From the IMG/VR virus record IMGVR_UViG_3300046692_000091, positions 186,001 to 250,000 of that record: DNA of 64,000 bases; one strand, 5' to 3'. Of the stretch, positions 23,687 to 33,092 are shown piece after piece (the stretch's first letter is position 1; each line of letters opens with the position of its first letter). Below the pieces are notes generated by a model, which worked only from the letters and a program-made list of their open reading frames with translations, did not search any database and was not told the DNA's origin. The position numbers and the translations under genes are program-made.

Positions 23687-24619
23687 TTAGAGACTGAATT
23701 CCCAAGCATCTGTTTGACCAGTGCCAGTTTTAATACCGCCGAAATAGAACATGCGATTACCCATGAATCCTGACCCGCCCATACCACGAGCTGCACCGGC
23801 ATTGGCTGCTAAAGCCGTCCATGTGTTAGTTCCAGGAGTGTAGTAATTAGTTCCGGCATAAGGGCCACCACCACTGATAATACCCCACAGTGAGATCAGA
23901 CGATTGTCAAAGGAATGGAAGCAACGACGGCAGCCATAAGCTGCAGGCATATCTGCTAGAGGGGACATTACTCCATTCGTGGTATCGTAAACGTACATCT
24001 TGTTAATGTATACGCTATTGTTACGCCCACCGATGAAATAGATCTTAGTACCAATTGCTGCAACACCTAAGTCTAGACGAGGCGTCTGGCCTGTAATAGT
24101 TAGCTCTGACCAAGTATCATCCAGTGTGTTGTATTTGTATTGGATGAACTTAGATGGGAGCTCTGGAGAAGCAGTGGTCGATGTCATGCCACCGAAGATG
24201 TAAATGTCAGTACCTACAGCACAACCATCCCCGAAAGCATTCGCGCCAGGCATAGATGCTTTAGTTGACCATGTACCAGCAACGAAGTCATAACACTGGT
24301 TTAGTCCAGTTGCTGCTGAACCAGCAGCATTGTGGCCACCGATCACATACATCTTATCTCCAACTACAACTGACGTATGACCGGATCTTGCAGTAGGTAG
24401 AGCAGGCAAGGCTGTCCATGCTGACCCATTCCAACGAGCGAATAATGTTTGTGGTACACTGGAGAAACCACCAATCCAATACAGTTGGCCACCCCATTGA
24501 ACAACATCATGGTGAAAACCAAAACGAGAACCACCCAGCTGTTTCCAAACAAATGCTTCTAAGTTTAATGGTGCCGCTGGCCCCGGTGTAGTCACCTGGC
24601 TTAATAATTGTTCCCACAT
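23687..24619 (-). CDS. Kelch-repeat beta-propeller protein
   Basis: Repeats LYWIGG, MYVIGG, IYIFGG, IYFIGG, MFYFGG with W near the repeat ends; SD AGGAAG before MWEQLL. Confidence 0.9.
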   Translation of the reverse strand: MWEQLLSQVTTPGPAAPLNLEAFVWKQLGGSRFGFHHDVVQWGGQLYWIGGFSSVPQTLFARWNGSAWTALPALPTARSGHTSVVVGDKMYVIGGHNAAGSAATGLNQCYDFVAGTWSTKASMPGANAFGDGCAVGTDIYIFGGMTSTTASPELPSKFIQYKYNTLDDTWSELTITGQTPRLDLGVAAIGTKIYFIGGRNNSVYINKMYVYDTTNGVMSPLADMPAAYGCRRCFHSFDNRLISLWGIISGGGPYAGTNYYTPGTNTWTALAANAGAARGMGGSGFMGNRMFYFGGIKTGTGQTDAWEFSL

Positions 24620-24652
24620 GTCGAATCTTCCTGATTTATAAAACATACGATA

Positions 24653-24682
24653 GCGGCATAAAGGCCATCCCGAGGGACAGCC
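24653..24682 (-). terminator. hairpin terminator-like element
   Basis: Minus strand GGCTGTCC-CTCG-GGATGGCC-TTTATGCCG; pairs fully only on the minus strand (two G-U pairs). Confidence 0.75.
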
Positions 24683-24781
24683 TCTAAGATGTGACAGCTA
24701 CAGAAGGATCGCTTCTAGAGGACTCTGTATCAGAGTACCCGGCGTGTAACTGGTTGGTGTTAAGGCGCGTACGTCCTCAAC
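24683..24781 (-). ncRNA. putative ~100-nt small RNA
   Basis: ORF-free stretch between the promoter motif (24782-24803) and the terminator; hairpins TTGAGG/CCTTAA and ACTCTG/CAGAGT. Confidence 0.55.
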
Positions 24782-24803
24782 TATACTATTACCCAGCCAG
24801 TAT
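24782..24803 (-). promoter_or_regulatory. putative ncRNA-associated promoter motif
   Basis: ATACT-ggctgg-GTAATAGTATA. Confidence 0.7.
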
Positions 24804-24807
24804 ATTC

Positions 24808-25566
24808 TTATTCAGCTTTGAACTCAGTCAATGAATGAGTCAACCATTTCAACAAACCATCTGCGGTAGGTTGCAGGATGTGAGTGAAGGCTTGGTTGTA
24901 ATCATAGAAAGCTGCTTCGAAGTCTTCACCGTATTTGTGGAGCTTCTTGAACATCTGATAAACTTCTGGTGGTGCATTAGTAGCTTCTGCTTCACGATAA
25001 CGTTTACCGCCTTCGTTATAATGCTTACCTTCAACTCCGAATGTTTTCCAGATGCGCATCAAGTGCTCATCCCAAAGTTCTTTCTTAAGCTCTACCAGAT
25101 CTAGGAACGTTTGAGCAATCTTCTTGATCGACCGCTTATCTAAAGGTGGTAGTGTTTGGTTAACACTAGGCTTAGCTATCTCTACTTTAGGAGTAGGGAC
25201 ATGGAAACTGAAATCCACTTCTTTATTGAAGCGAACAGCATGCTCAGGATCTTTCTCCCAACCATGAGCGAAGAGATAACCAATAACCTCGTTGACTGGC
25301 TTAAAGCCTTCTTCGAGGAACTGTTTCCCTTTTGCCTTATGCTCCTGGGCGTCACTACGGATAGTATCGATGATCGAATGATCAAACTTTGTTAGGTTAC
25401 CAGGGAAGGCAACCTTAACGGGTTTGTCAGAAAACGTTTGTTGCTTTAACCAACTATCATTCATGAATGTAGAACTGATAAGCTTCTTGGCATTCTGATA
25501 GTTGTGGTCTCCTACAACAGTAAGGTCTTTAGGCTTACCTCGGAAGAGACCACTTAATGCTTTCCC
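24808..25566 (-). CDS. third module of internal-head-type protein, probably reached by -1 frameshift
   Basis: GKALSGLFRGKPK...FMNDSWLKQQTF aligns with AIKALFKSKPK...LLNDSWLKQQTL; the track start (25623) is a TTG with a non-homologous leader. Confidence 0.75.
   Translation of the reverse strand, partial: GKALSGLFRGKPKDLTVVGDHNYQNAKKLISSTFMNDSWLKQQTFSDKPVKVAFPGNLTKFDHSIIDTIRSDAQEHKAKGKQFLEEGFKPVNEVIGYLFAHGWEKDPEHAVRFNKEVDFSFHVPTPKVEIAKPSVNQTLPPLDKRSIKKIAQTFLDLVELKKELWDEHLMRIWKTFGVEGKHYNEGGKRYREAEATNAPPEVYQMFKKLHKYGEDFEAAFYDYNQAFTHILQPTADGLLKWLTHSLTEFKAE
25504..25566 (-). other. candidate programmed -1 ribosomal frameshift signal
   Basis: In-frame G GGA AAG (25566-25560), spacer CATTAA, stem GTGGTCTC/GAGACCAC enclosing GGTAAG/CTTACT. 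Confidence 0.75.
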
Positions 25567-27407
25567 AACGAACCAAAGTCCTCGTTCGATACTTTCACAC
25601 CAGAGATCGATTTCTGAATCCAATGTAGCAGTGGCTCAGCTAATCCCTCTACTAGATCGTAGTAAGAAAACTGGTCAGTATAGAAGTGTTCGTCGAAGTA
25701 ATCCAGAATGGACTCTACTTCGCTGTGGAGTTGCTTCAGTTCTGATTGCAGTTCACCACGTGTATCCAGGATCAAATGCATGCGTGAACCATCCGGCCAC
25801 TTAGCCCCAGGACCAAGGGACTTCTTACCGTAATCCCAGCGGGCTTGCACTAGTTCGATGATCGCATTGGTTGCATCTTTGATCCCGGCAATATCCAACG
25901 CTGGTAACTCAACTTCAGCATTGTCTTCAGTAAAGTACTGTGGCTCAGAGTAGGCAACATCAAAGTCTAGATTGTCGTAAACTACGGTTTCATTAAAGGA
26001 CTGCACTTGTTCAAGGTTTGCTCCTTTGATGTTGCCACTGACAATCAGATCAACCCCTTGACGAATTGGATTAAACCATTTCTCTGACAACTTAGCATTG
26101 GTTTGAGCAACCTTGTCCAGTTCTTGGAGGATGCGTTTAACGAGCGGTTTATAATCACCCTTCATAGCTGCATCTGGGAACCGTACGGTTACATTACCTT
26201 CAGTAAGGGTTTGCTGTTTAAGCCAGCTGTCGTTCAACAGTGTCTTTTCAAGTTCCTTAAAGTGCTCTTTATCAATGCCGTGTTTAAGATCAAGTTCTTT
26301 AGGCTTGGATTTAAACAGTGCTTTAATAGCATCCACGAAACCTTCGTTAGATACGGTGATCTCTTCATTAGAGACTTTTTTGCCCCCTTTGAAAGAACGT
26401 TCCATGTAAACTACAGCAGCGACACACGCATTTTCGAATTGACGGAAGGCGGCCATCGATTCTGGAATTCTTGCCGGCATTTTACGAACTAACGCTTCCA
26501 ACAAAGTATTCCAAGCTTCGGAATTGTAGGATTCACTGTGACGGTCTTGACGTTGGACTTGGTATTGCGTTTCGTAAAAGTTATCCAGGAGATCATGGAT
26601 TTCATTATTCGTAGAAACGATGCGACTATGGTCTGCTTTCATCGCAGTGATGATAATGGTGGCTAGTTCCGTGGTTTCATCTGGAGACAATGCCGGACGA
26701 GCTTCATCAGTAGCTTTACCAGTAATCAGGTTCGTCTTGGCACGGGTAGGTTTCTTAGCGAGCTCCATCATTGGTTTGATATTAGCCACGGCTGCTTTGG
26801 CATCATCATACATCTTGTCGGTCAGCTTGGTTGGAGTCCAACTAGAAACTAATTTCGAGATCTGTTTAACGACGACCATCTGAGCTGCAATAATAGCTTC
26901 TTGGAAGGAATCGTTAATAGCTGCAGTTTCTTTAATCGAACCTGACAAGTTATCTAGTCCAATACGGTCTGCCAGATCGCCTACTTTAATATTGCCTTTA
27001 ATTGAGGTCTGTTTATTGACCCACTCTTTATTGGCAAAGGTGTTCTCGATGCTTTTGAAGATATGGCTGGCGTTGGCTTTAGCATTACCATCCAATTCCT
27101 CGAAGTCCTTACCGCGGTTATGGAACTTGAAAAACTTACGAACGTCTTCGATGATGCTCTCGTTTGATACTGAGATATCTTCGAACATGTGAGGATCTTG
27201 GATGGTATGCTCGGTACAATGCATCTCATCGTCGTCATTAGTAGAACGACCCCCGCCTGCTGGGGAGTCATCGCCGTGGTGTTGACGGTTGGTATCATCA
27301 CCATCTTCCGTAGGGACTTGTGGACGGTGGCCAGGGTCTTCCCGAGAATCATCTTCATGTAGTGGTGGTTCGCTCTCGGCGGCGCCCATCCATTCGTATA
27401 CGTTCAT
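25554..27407 (-). CDS. phiKZ-like internal head (ejection-type) protein with SNE sites
   Basis: SD GAAAGGAC; acidic leader; four VSNE sites; two homologous modules (TFANKEWVNKQ / TLLNDSWLKQQ). Confidence 0.75.
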   Translation of the reverse strand: MNVYEWMGAAESEPPLHEDDSREDPGHRPQVPTEDGDDTNRQHHGDDSPAGGGRSTNDDDEMHCTEHTIQDPHMFEDISVSNESIIEDVRKFFKFHNRGKDFEELDGNAKANASHIFKSIENTFANKEWVNKQTSIKGNIKVGDLADRIGLDNLSGSIKETAAINDSFQEAIIAAQMVVVKQISKLVSSWTPTKLTDKMYDDAKAAVANIKPMMELAKKPTRAKTNLITGKATDEARPALSPDETTELATIIITAMKADHSRIVSTNNEIHDLLDNFYETQYQVQRQDRHSESYNSEAWNTLLEALVRKMPARIPESMAAFRQFENACVAAVVYMERSFKGGKKVSNEEITVSNEGFVDAIKALFKSKPKELDLKHGIDKEHFKELEKTLLNDSWLKQQTLTEGNVTVRFPDAAMKGDYKPLVKRILQELDKVAQTNAKLSEKWFNPIRQGVDLIVSGNIKGANLEQVQSFNETVVYDNLDFDVAYSEPQYFTEDNAEVELPALDIAGIKDATNAIIELVQARWDYGKKSLGPGAKWPDGSRMHLILDTRGELQSELKQLHSEVESILDYFDEHFYTDQFSYYDLVEGLAEPLLHWIQKSISGVKVSNEDFGSLGKH

Positions 27408-27449
27408 TGTAAGTCCTTTCGGTGTGTGTTGTGATGTATAGGATTGCAA

Positions 27450-27487
27450 CAACATAAGGCTTCCCCGAAGGGAAGCCAATATGCCGT
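27450..27487 (-). terminator. hairpin terminator-like element after nrdB
   Basis: CAACATAA-GGCTTCCC-CGAA-GGGAAGCC-AATATGCCG on + strand. Confidence 0.8.
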
Positions 27488-27494
27488 TAGTTCA

Positions 27495-28718
27495 CTACAT
27501 TGAGACTTGTTCTTTCGGCTGGTAATTATCCAACTTACTCATATCAAAACCTGGGATAGTGAACTCGAATACTGCATGTTCATTACGACGTGTTAACAGG
27601 TTCGTCATGTAGTCGCCTTTCTTCTCTTCCTGTGCAGAAGACTGAGTAGCTGACAACTGAATGTACTTGGTCATGTAAGGCAGTGGATTCTTCTCAGGCC
27701 ACTCAAATGGGAAACCAGCAATCTGTTCGAAGTCCCAGTCAAAGCGGAAGAAAATATCATCTTTAACATTCAAGAATTCTGCTGCGGCTTTAGCGTTGAA
27801 CAGAACCCATTGGATCAGAGACTTAGCAGTAACACCAGTCAGTTCACGACCTTCGGAGAATAGGTACAATGCCCATTCAACTTCAGTGCGGATGATTTCC
27901 CACAGCAGACGAACGATCTTGTCTTTGCATTGTTCGTAAGCAGTACGCCCACGTTCCGTTGCAAGCTCAGCGCGCAATACATGCTGACCGAACTGTGCAT
28001 GGATCTCGAATTCGTCTACAGCGATCTTCTGGACGGCTTTGGTGATCTGTTGGAACATACCGGTACGACCGATAGCGAAAGTTACAGCAAACGATGCCAT
28101 GAACTGAATACGCTCCAGGAAATAGAGTGCAATCAAGAACATGAAAATGTCGTTGTAAGTTTCTTGACAGTTCTCTACTTGACCCAGGCCATACTTGAGC
28201 GAGGTCTCATGAGCCTTAGCCATCACCTCACCGACGATCTTCATTCGGCTATGTGCTTCTTCTACCTTGAGGATCTCTTCACGGATTTCATCAGGGTCAT
28301 CGAACGAGCCACGAACGATCTCTGAATAAGTCAGTGCGTGTACACATTCGTTTTCGGAGATACGATTGTAACCAGTCCAGATCCGTCCATCGGTGATAAC
28401 GTTACCCAGTACGGTCACGATCGAACGAGAAGCTACGGAATCCGCTTCCCATTGCCATGCCAGGGTTTTGATCATCATGTCGTAGACAGACTTCTCGGCA
28501 TTCTTGAATTCGGCGTTACAAGTAAAGAAGTCGAACTCTAGTTCGTCCCAGTCCAAGTTACGTAGTCGTTTGTACAGTGCCCATGCTTCAGGGTGGTTGT
28601 GTGTGATCGAATCCAATAGACCCGGATCTTCACCCAAGATGATGTTGTAGGAACCGTAGTCCCCTTTATTCAGGTTAAAGATTTTTGGTGCGATATCAGC
28701 TACAGTGGCTACAGTCAT
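27495..28718 (-). CDS. nrdB: ribonucleotide reductase class Ia beta subunit
   Basis: WEADSVA, ENECVHALTY, YFLERIQFMASF, DEFEIH di-iron motifs; C-terminal AQEE..GDY. Confidence 0.93.
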   Translation of the reverse strand: MTVATVADIAPKIFNLNKGDYGSYNIILGEDPGLLDSITHNHPEAWALYKRLRNLDWDELEFDFFTCNAEFKNAEKSVYDMMIKTLAWQWEADSVASRSIVTVLGNVITDGRIWTGYNRISENECVHALTYSEIVRGSFDDPDEIREEILKVEEAHSRMKIVGEVMAKAHETSLKYGLGQVENCQETYNDIFMFLIALYFLERIQFMASFAVTFAIGRTGMFQQITKAVQKIAVDEFEIHAQFGQHVLRAELATERGRTAYEQCKDKIVRLLWEIIRTEVEWALYLFSEGRELTGVTAKSLIQWVLFNAKAAAEFLNVKDDIFFRFDWDFEQIAGFPFEWPEKNPLPYMTKYIQLSATQSSAQEEKKGDYMTNLLTRRNEHAVFEFTIPGFDMSKLDNYQPKEQVSM

Positions 28719-28767
28719 TTGTTTCTTCCAATTGGGGATTGAGGGTGGCCGAAGTCACCCGTTCTAT

Positions 28768-31053
28768 TTAGAGGGAGCATGCGCCACTAGCGCAACCAGC
28801 ATCTTCGGTTGTGTTGGAGAATGCAGATACGCCACCATTCAGGTTTGCACTGGCCACAATTTCAACGTTGTGGTAGTAGCGTGTCTTTTGACCACGGTAG
28901 TTCATGTACAACCAATCATCGATCAGTTCGTTCGAGTAGATGTGTTCTTGGCCTGGGAGAATACGACGGAACAGATCTGCAGACAAACCGCCATCCGTCC
29001 ATTTCTGGAAGACACAGTAACCATCGATCTGACGACGTGTTGGGATTTCCCAAGCCAGCTCATATTCGTACTCAGGGTTGTCGCCGTAAGGAGCAGCCCA
29101 TTGAATAGAGATAGCGTTATCGGTCTTGATGATGGTCAGAGCACGAACAGCGTAGAGGGAGTTTGCGCCACCCAGTGCTTTCGACGATGCTTCACCAGGC
29201 ATGAATGCAGCCAGTACCGAGTGAGCAATACCACCTTTAGCGATGATACGTGCACGCAGTGGTTCCCAGTCTTGCAGGTTCTTGAAGCCACCTTCAACGA
29301 TCGTATCAACGTTACGGTTGTAGGTATCCAGTGGGAGCCAGCCTTGTGGCCACTTGGTCTTGTGAATCCATGGAGCAACACCACGTTCATCTGCAATACG
29401 CAGAGAAGCATTGATGAGGCAATACATGTGCATTTCTGCAATGCGGTGCATCTCATGCAAACCTTCTTCGGACGAGTACTTCAGTTTCTTCTTGGCCATA
29501 TGGGTAGCCAGACCCATGATACCGACACCAGCAGAACGACGAGCCTTAGCAGTCATCTCCAGGTGAGGGAAAGCGTACTCGGAGTTGTCGATGCAATAGT
29601 CGATCATCTTCAACGCGTAGTACGTTACTTCTTGATAACGTTCTTGTGTGTGAATGTTGTTCACCACAATTGCAGCCAACGAGCAAGTAGCAATCTCACC
29701 ACGGCCATGGTCTTCTGCGGAGTGCAGGTCTTGCATCGAGTAGTATGGTGCAGTCGGTTGACAGATTTCCAGACACAGGTTCGAAGACAGGATCGGATCG
29801 AGAAACGGGGTGTGACGGTTGATCTCCGTCATGTTTGCCCAGTAGGCCGTACCGGTCTCGATACCTTCATTCAATGCAGTCAGAACGATCTTACGGGCAT
29901 TGACGTAGACTTTCTTGAAGGCTGGGTCTTTCTCATATTTCAGATACAGGTCGATGAACTTACCAACGTCACCACTGTAGAATGCTTCATGCAGATCCGG
30001 AGCGGTGAAAACGTTCCAGGTCATCATCTCTTTGTCGTTTGCTACCAACCACGCAGTAAAGGTGTTGGTCATCAACGCGTAGTGCAGGTCACGGTTCTTC
30101 TTGTCGTCTGTCGACTTAGGGTTACGTAGACGAGAGATGGTTTCTACTTCTGGATCGTACACGTTGTAGTACAACGAGATTGCGCCACCACGACCGTTCT
30201 GAGTGTTAGCACGAACAGCTTTACCCTGAGCAGCGATGTAAGGCAGTTTACCTTGGTGCTTGATCAGACCACCACGAACTGGGTCATTGATCGAACGAGT
30301 GATCAAGTTAACACCGATACCAGCAGCTTTCTGAGTCATCACGTTGGCGATGAAGTCACCTACGGCCAACGATACGCCGTTATCACCCGATGCGAACAAG
30401 CAGCACGAAGCAAAGCCACGGAGTACTGTACCCAGGTTTACATAATTCGGAGTTGGAGCAGACAGTTCACGTTGAGAGAACATCTCGTAGAAGTTACGGA
30501 CGTGTGTCATGCGGGATTCAACCGGCTCTTTCTCGGAGAGGGCCATAGCCATACGCATGTATGTGAACTGTGGAGTTTCGTATTCTTTTTTGGTTACCCG
30601 ATTCATCAGGGAATACTTCTGACGAATGTGGTGTAGTGCAAAGTGTGGCGAATCCATATCCAGATCATGTTTGAGCATCTTCTCAATCTGGGCGTATTCA
30701 CGAGTTGAGTAATCTAACTTCACCATGACTTTGTCTTTACGCATGCGAGTGTGCAACGTCTTCAGCGTTGGAACACCTTCAGTGCCATAGATCTTCTTAC
30801 GAATCAATACAGCATACAGTCGACCTGCTGCAACATAGGCGGACCAGGTACCAATATCCAACAGCTTATTGATCAGTGCTTGTTGGAAATCTTGAGATTG
30901 TACTTTCTCGGGCATTTCTGCTACTACGTCCATTACGACGCCAGCCCAATCGATGTCGATCAGGTTCTTCGAGAACCACTCACCCCAGCCGTTTGCTTTG
31001 TGTGGCATGTACGGTTCTTCGGTACCGTCCATCTTGATAAAAGTCTTGATCAT
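28768..31053 (-). CDS. nrdA: ribonucleotide reductase class Ia alpha subunit
   Basis: APTPNYVN, FASCCL, SSNLCLEI, TCSLAA, C-terminal CASGACSL. Confidence 0.96.
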   Translation of the reverse strand: MIKTFIKMDGTEEPYMPHKANGWGEWFSKNLIDIDWAGVVMDVVAEMPEKVQSQDFQQALINKLLDIGTWSAYVAAGRLYAVLIRKKIYGTEGVPTLKTLHTRMRKDKVMVKLDYSTREYAQIEKMLKHDLDMDSPHFALHHIRQKYSLMNRVTKKEYETPQFTYMRMAMALSEKEPVESRMTHVRNFYEMFSQRELSAPTPNYVNLGTVLRGFASCCLFASGDNGVSLAVGDFIANVMTQKAAGIGVNLITRSINDPVRGGLIKHQGKLPYIAAQGKAVRANTQNGRGGAISLYYNVYDPEVETISRLRNPKSTDDKKNRDLHYALMTNTFTAWLVANDKEMMTWNVFTAPDLHEAFYSGDVGKFIDLYLKYEKDPAFKKVYVNARKIVLTALNEGIETGTAYWANMTEINRHTPFLDPILSSNLCLEICQPTAPYYSMQDLHSAEDHGRGEIATCSLAAIVVNNIHTQERYQEVTYYALKMIDYCIDNSEYAFPHLEMTAKARRSAGVGIMGLATHMAKKKLKYSSEEGLHEMHRIAEMHMYCLINASLRIADERGVAPWIHKTKWPQGWLPLDTYNRNVDTIVEGGFKNLQDWEPLRARIIAKGGIAHSVLAAFMPGEASSKALGGANSLYAVRALTIIKTDNAISIQWAAPYGDNPEYEYELAWEIPTRRQIDGYCVFQKWTDGGLSADLFRRILPGQEHIYSNELIDDWLYMNYRGQKTRYYHNVEIVASANLNGGVSAFSNTTEDAGCASGACSL

Positions 31054-31370
31054 TGCAGTGCCTTGTCAGTCTGTTTGTGGAATTGAGAAGTCAGATACTT
31101 AAACATAGTTTTAGGCTGTCCAGTAATTCTCAATTTGTCCTTTCTGGGAAGATTTTACCTCCCCTACGCATAGTATGTTAACAGCACTGCTAAGAGCAAA
31201 GGAGGGAGGCTTTTATTCTGCTTTATACATCCTTAGAGGCTCTTAGAAACAAACCCCGGTATACCCTTCGCTCTCTTCCTTATTCTTCTTTTAAACCCCT
31301 TCCAAGGGCTTAGGAGTTTAATTACTCTTACACCGTAAGTTATGTATTCAATATATCAACAGGAGCCATA

Positions 31371-31751
31371 ATGGCAATCTACATACCCAAGCCAGAACCC
31401 ATTGAAGTATATCAATGGTTAAAGAATGGTGACATGCCAGGTGATGGTGTGATCAACAACATTAATAGTGGGGCAGTCGTAGGACGACATGTGACTTATG
31501 GTTCATTCACAGGTGGGCAACTCTGTCACACTTGCAGTAAACCAATGAGCACGCATGGTGTCATTGCAAAACGTAGAGGTGATCTGGAGTTCGTTGTCTG
31601 TCCAGGAGATTGGGTAGAATTCCATCGGGACAACAAGAAAAGAATTCTGGGTTATTCTGTTATGCGCGCTAAGGTACTGCATGAACGTTATGTTGACCTA
31701 GCAACTATCCCAATGCCACTTATACCTCAACCAAAAGGAACTGTGAAATGA
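31371..31751 (+). CDS. hypothetical protein
   Basis: SD AGGAG; CHTC and VCPGDW motifs. Confidence 0.75.
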   Translation: MAIYIPKPEPIEVYQWLKNGDMPGDGVINNINSGAVVGRHVTYGSFTGGQLCHTCSKPMSTHGVIAKRRGDLEFVVCPGDWVEFHRDNKKRILGYSVMRAKVLHERYVDLATIPMPLIPQPKGTVK

Positions 31752-32269
31752 ACCAAGACAAACTAATGGCTGACATGCGTGAACTGTTTGACTTCTTAGC
31801 TGAGCCAGGAAAAGAATTTGATCAGAATCTCACCGTAGTGCGTAACGGTAAAGAACTGTCTACTAGCATAGATGCTTTCCGTAACCTCACTACTCTTATC
31901 ATGGGACGTATGTGGGATAAGTTCTCAGGTAAAGCACGTTACCAAACCATGTATGACATCATCATGGGTGAACGTTATTCTGCAGTAGACGGGGAGTGGC
32001 GTCAAGTTGAACATACGTACGCTGTTAATCCAGAATCGCATGTCATTGCTTTGTCTATCCGTCATGTAAATCTGGAGACCCGAGAGGAGCACACCGAAAT
32101 CATTAAGAAACAATATGATCGTGGTGCATATCTCCATATCGTGACATTGCTATTAAGTCTTGATCCATCGCAAGGTACACTGCAACATTTACATCGTGCA
32201 TTTACCATGGATGTTGCCCACACTTATAATCCAAAAACAACCATCGCCTTTTTAGGAAAGAACAAATGA
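31748..32269 (+). CDS. hypothetical protein
   Basis: ATGA-coupled 173-aa ORF. Confidence 0.8.
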   Translation: MNQDKLMADMRELFDFLAEPGKEFDQNLTVVRNGKELSTSIDAFRNLTTLIMGRMWDKFSGKARYQTMYDIIMGERYSAVDGEWRQVEHTYAVNPESHVIALSIRHVNLETREEHTEIIKKQYDRGAYLHIVTLLLSLDPSQGTLQHLHRAFTMDVAHTYNPKTTIAFLGKNK

Positions 32270-33081
32270 ATCCTGTTTATGACATCTTCAATGACATTGC
32301 ACGCCGTATGCTTACTACCGAAGGCGGTGAAGAGTTCATTTCCAATGTAGTTACTCTCCGTGGAGCAACTGGAACAGACTACGAACTGTCTATCAATCAA
32401 GCACAGTTACTGCTGGGTGTATTGAATGGCGACCATGATTTTCTCACTGCATACAACCCACTTGAATTCTTGATCTTCTCTTATCAGTTCCAAGATAAGG
32501 TCAAAGCTAAGTATCTGGCAGTGCAATACCAGATCATCTATGATCATGAAGACGATACTATTTTCGTCTCTGGTGTTATGCGCCACCCAATGACAGTTAA
32601 GACTCATCCGGATTATATTGAAGGTGCACATATTCCAATCGAAACATTCCAGACCACCATCCCTAATGTTGGGTTGTATGGTAGCCTGGCATTGATTAAC
32701 TGTATCGCTGCACAGAACGAGAAGTTCGCTCCAATCAAAGGTAGCTTCGGTGCTTCGTTTGTTTATGAACTGAAAGATGGTCAACAATCCATCAAGAAGT
32801 ATGTGCCTTCAGAACTGGAAGAAGTCGGTATCGATGAATCAGAAATCCAGCAAGCCATTGGTGATGTTGTTAAGAAGCTAGCACCACAGAACTTTAACGC
32901 TGTTCCTAAAACTACCTTCAACGGTATCAAGAATACGTGTTCTCGGGCGGCAGAACCACTGATTGGTGAAGAACTGGAACGTTATGCAGATGAGTTCCGA
33001 CAAGATGTTGGGAGTGATGATTCAGATCCTGGTTTGTACGTAGGTGCCGATGGTCAACCAACACCATTCATTCATCCTTAG
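32266..33081 (+). CDS. hypothetical protein
   Basis: ATGA-coupled 271-aa ORF. Confidence 0.8.
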   Translation: MNPVYDIFNDIARRMLTTEGGEEFISNVVTLRGATGTDYELSINQAQLLLGVLNGDHDFLTAYNPLEFLIFSYQFQDKVKAKYLAVQYQIIYDHEDDTIFVSGVMRHPMTVKTHPDYIEGAHIPIETFQTTIPNVGLYGSLALINCIAAQNEKFAPIKGSFGASFVYELKDGQQSIKKYVPSELEEVGIDESEIQQAIGDVVKKLAPQNFNAVPKTTFNGIKNTCSRAAEPLIGEELERYADEFRQDVGSDDSDPGLYVGADGQPTPFIHP

Positions 33082-33092
33082 AGGCATTAATA

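Noticed and set aside
25567-25623. Independent TTG start for ORF 24808..25623
   Set aside because: No SD, and the leader MDSEIDLWCESIERGLWFV is non-homologous, whereas the other frame gives the conserved VSNE junction.
28705-30129. 474-aa + strand ORF, and similar long antisense ORFs such as 42850..43755
   Set aside because: They are shadow ORFs antisense to nrdA and the tail sheath, with no SD or recognisable motifs.
31060-31370. Divergent intergenic region as an origin or ncRNA
   Set aside because: Purine- and pyrimidine-skewed patches but no convincing repeats or multi-helix structure; divergent promoters explain it adequately.
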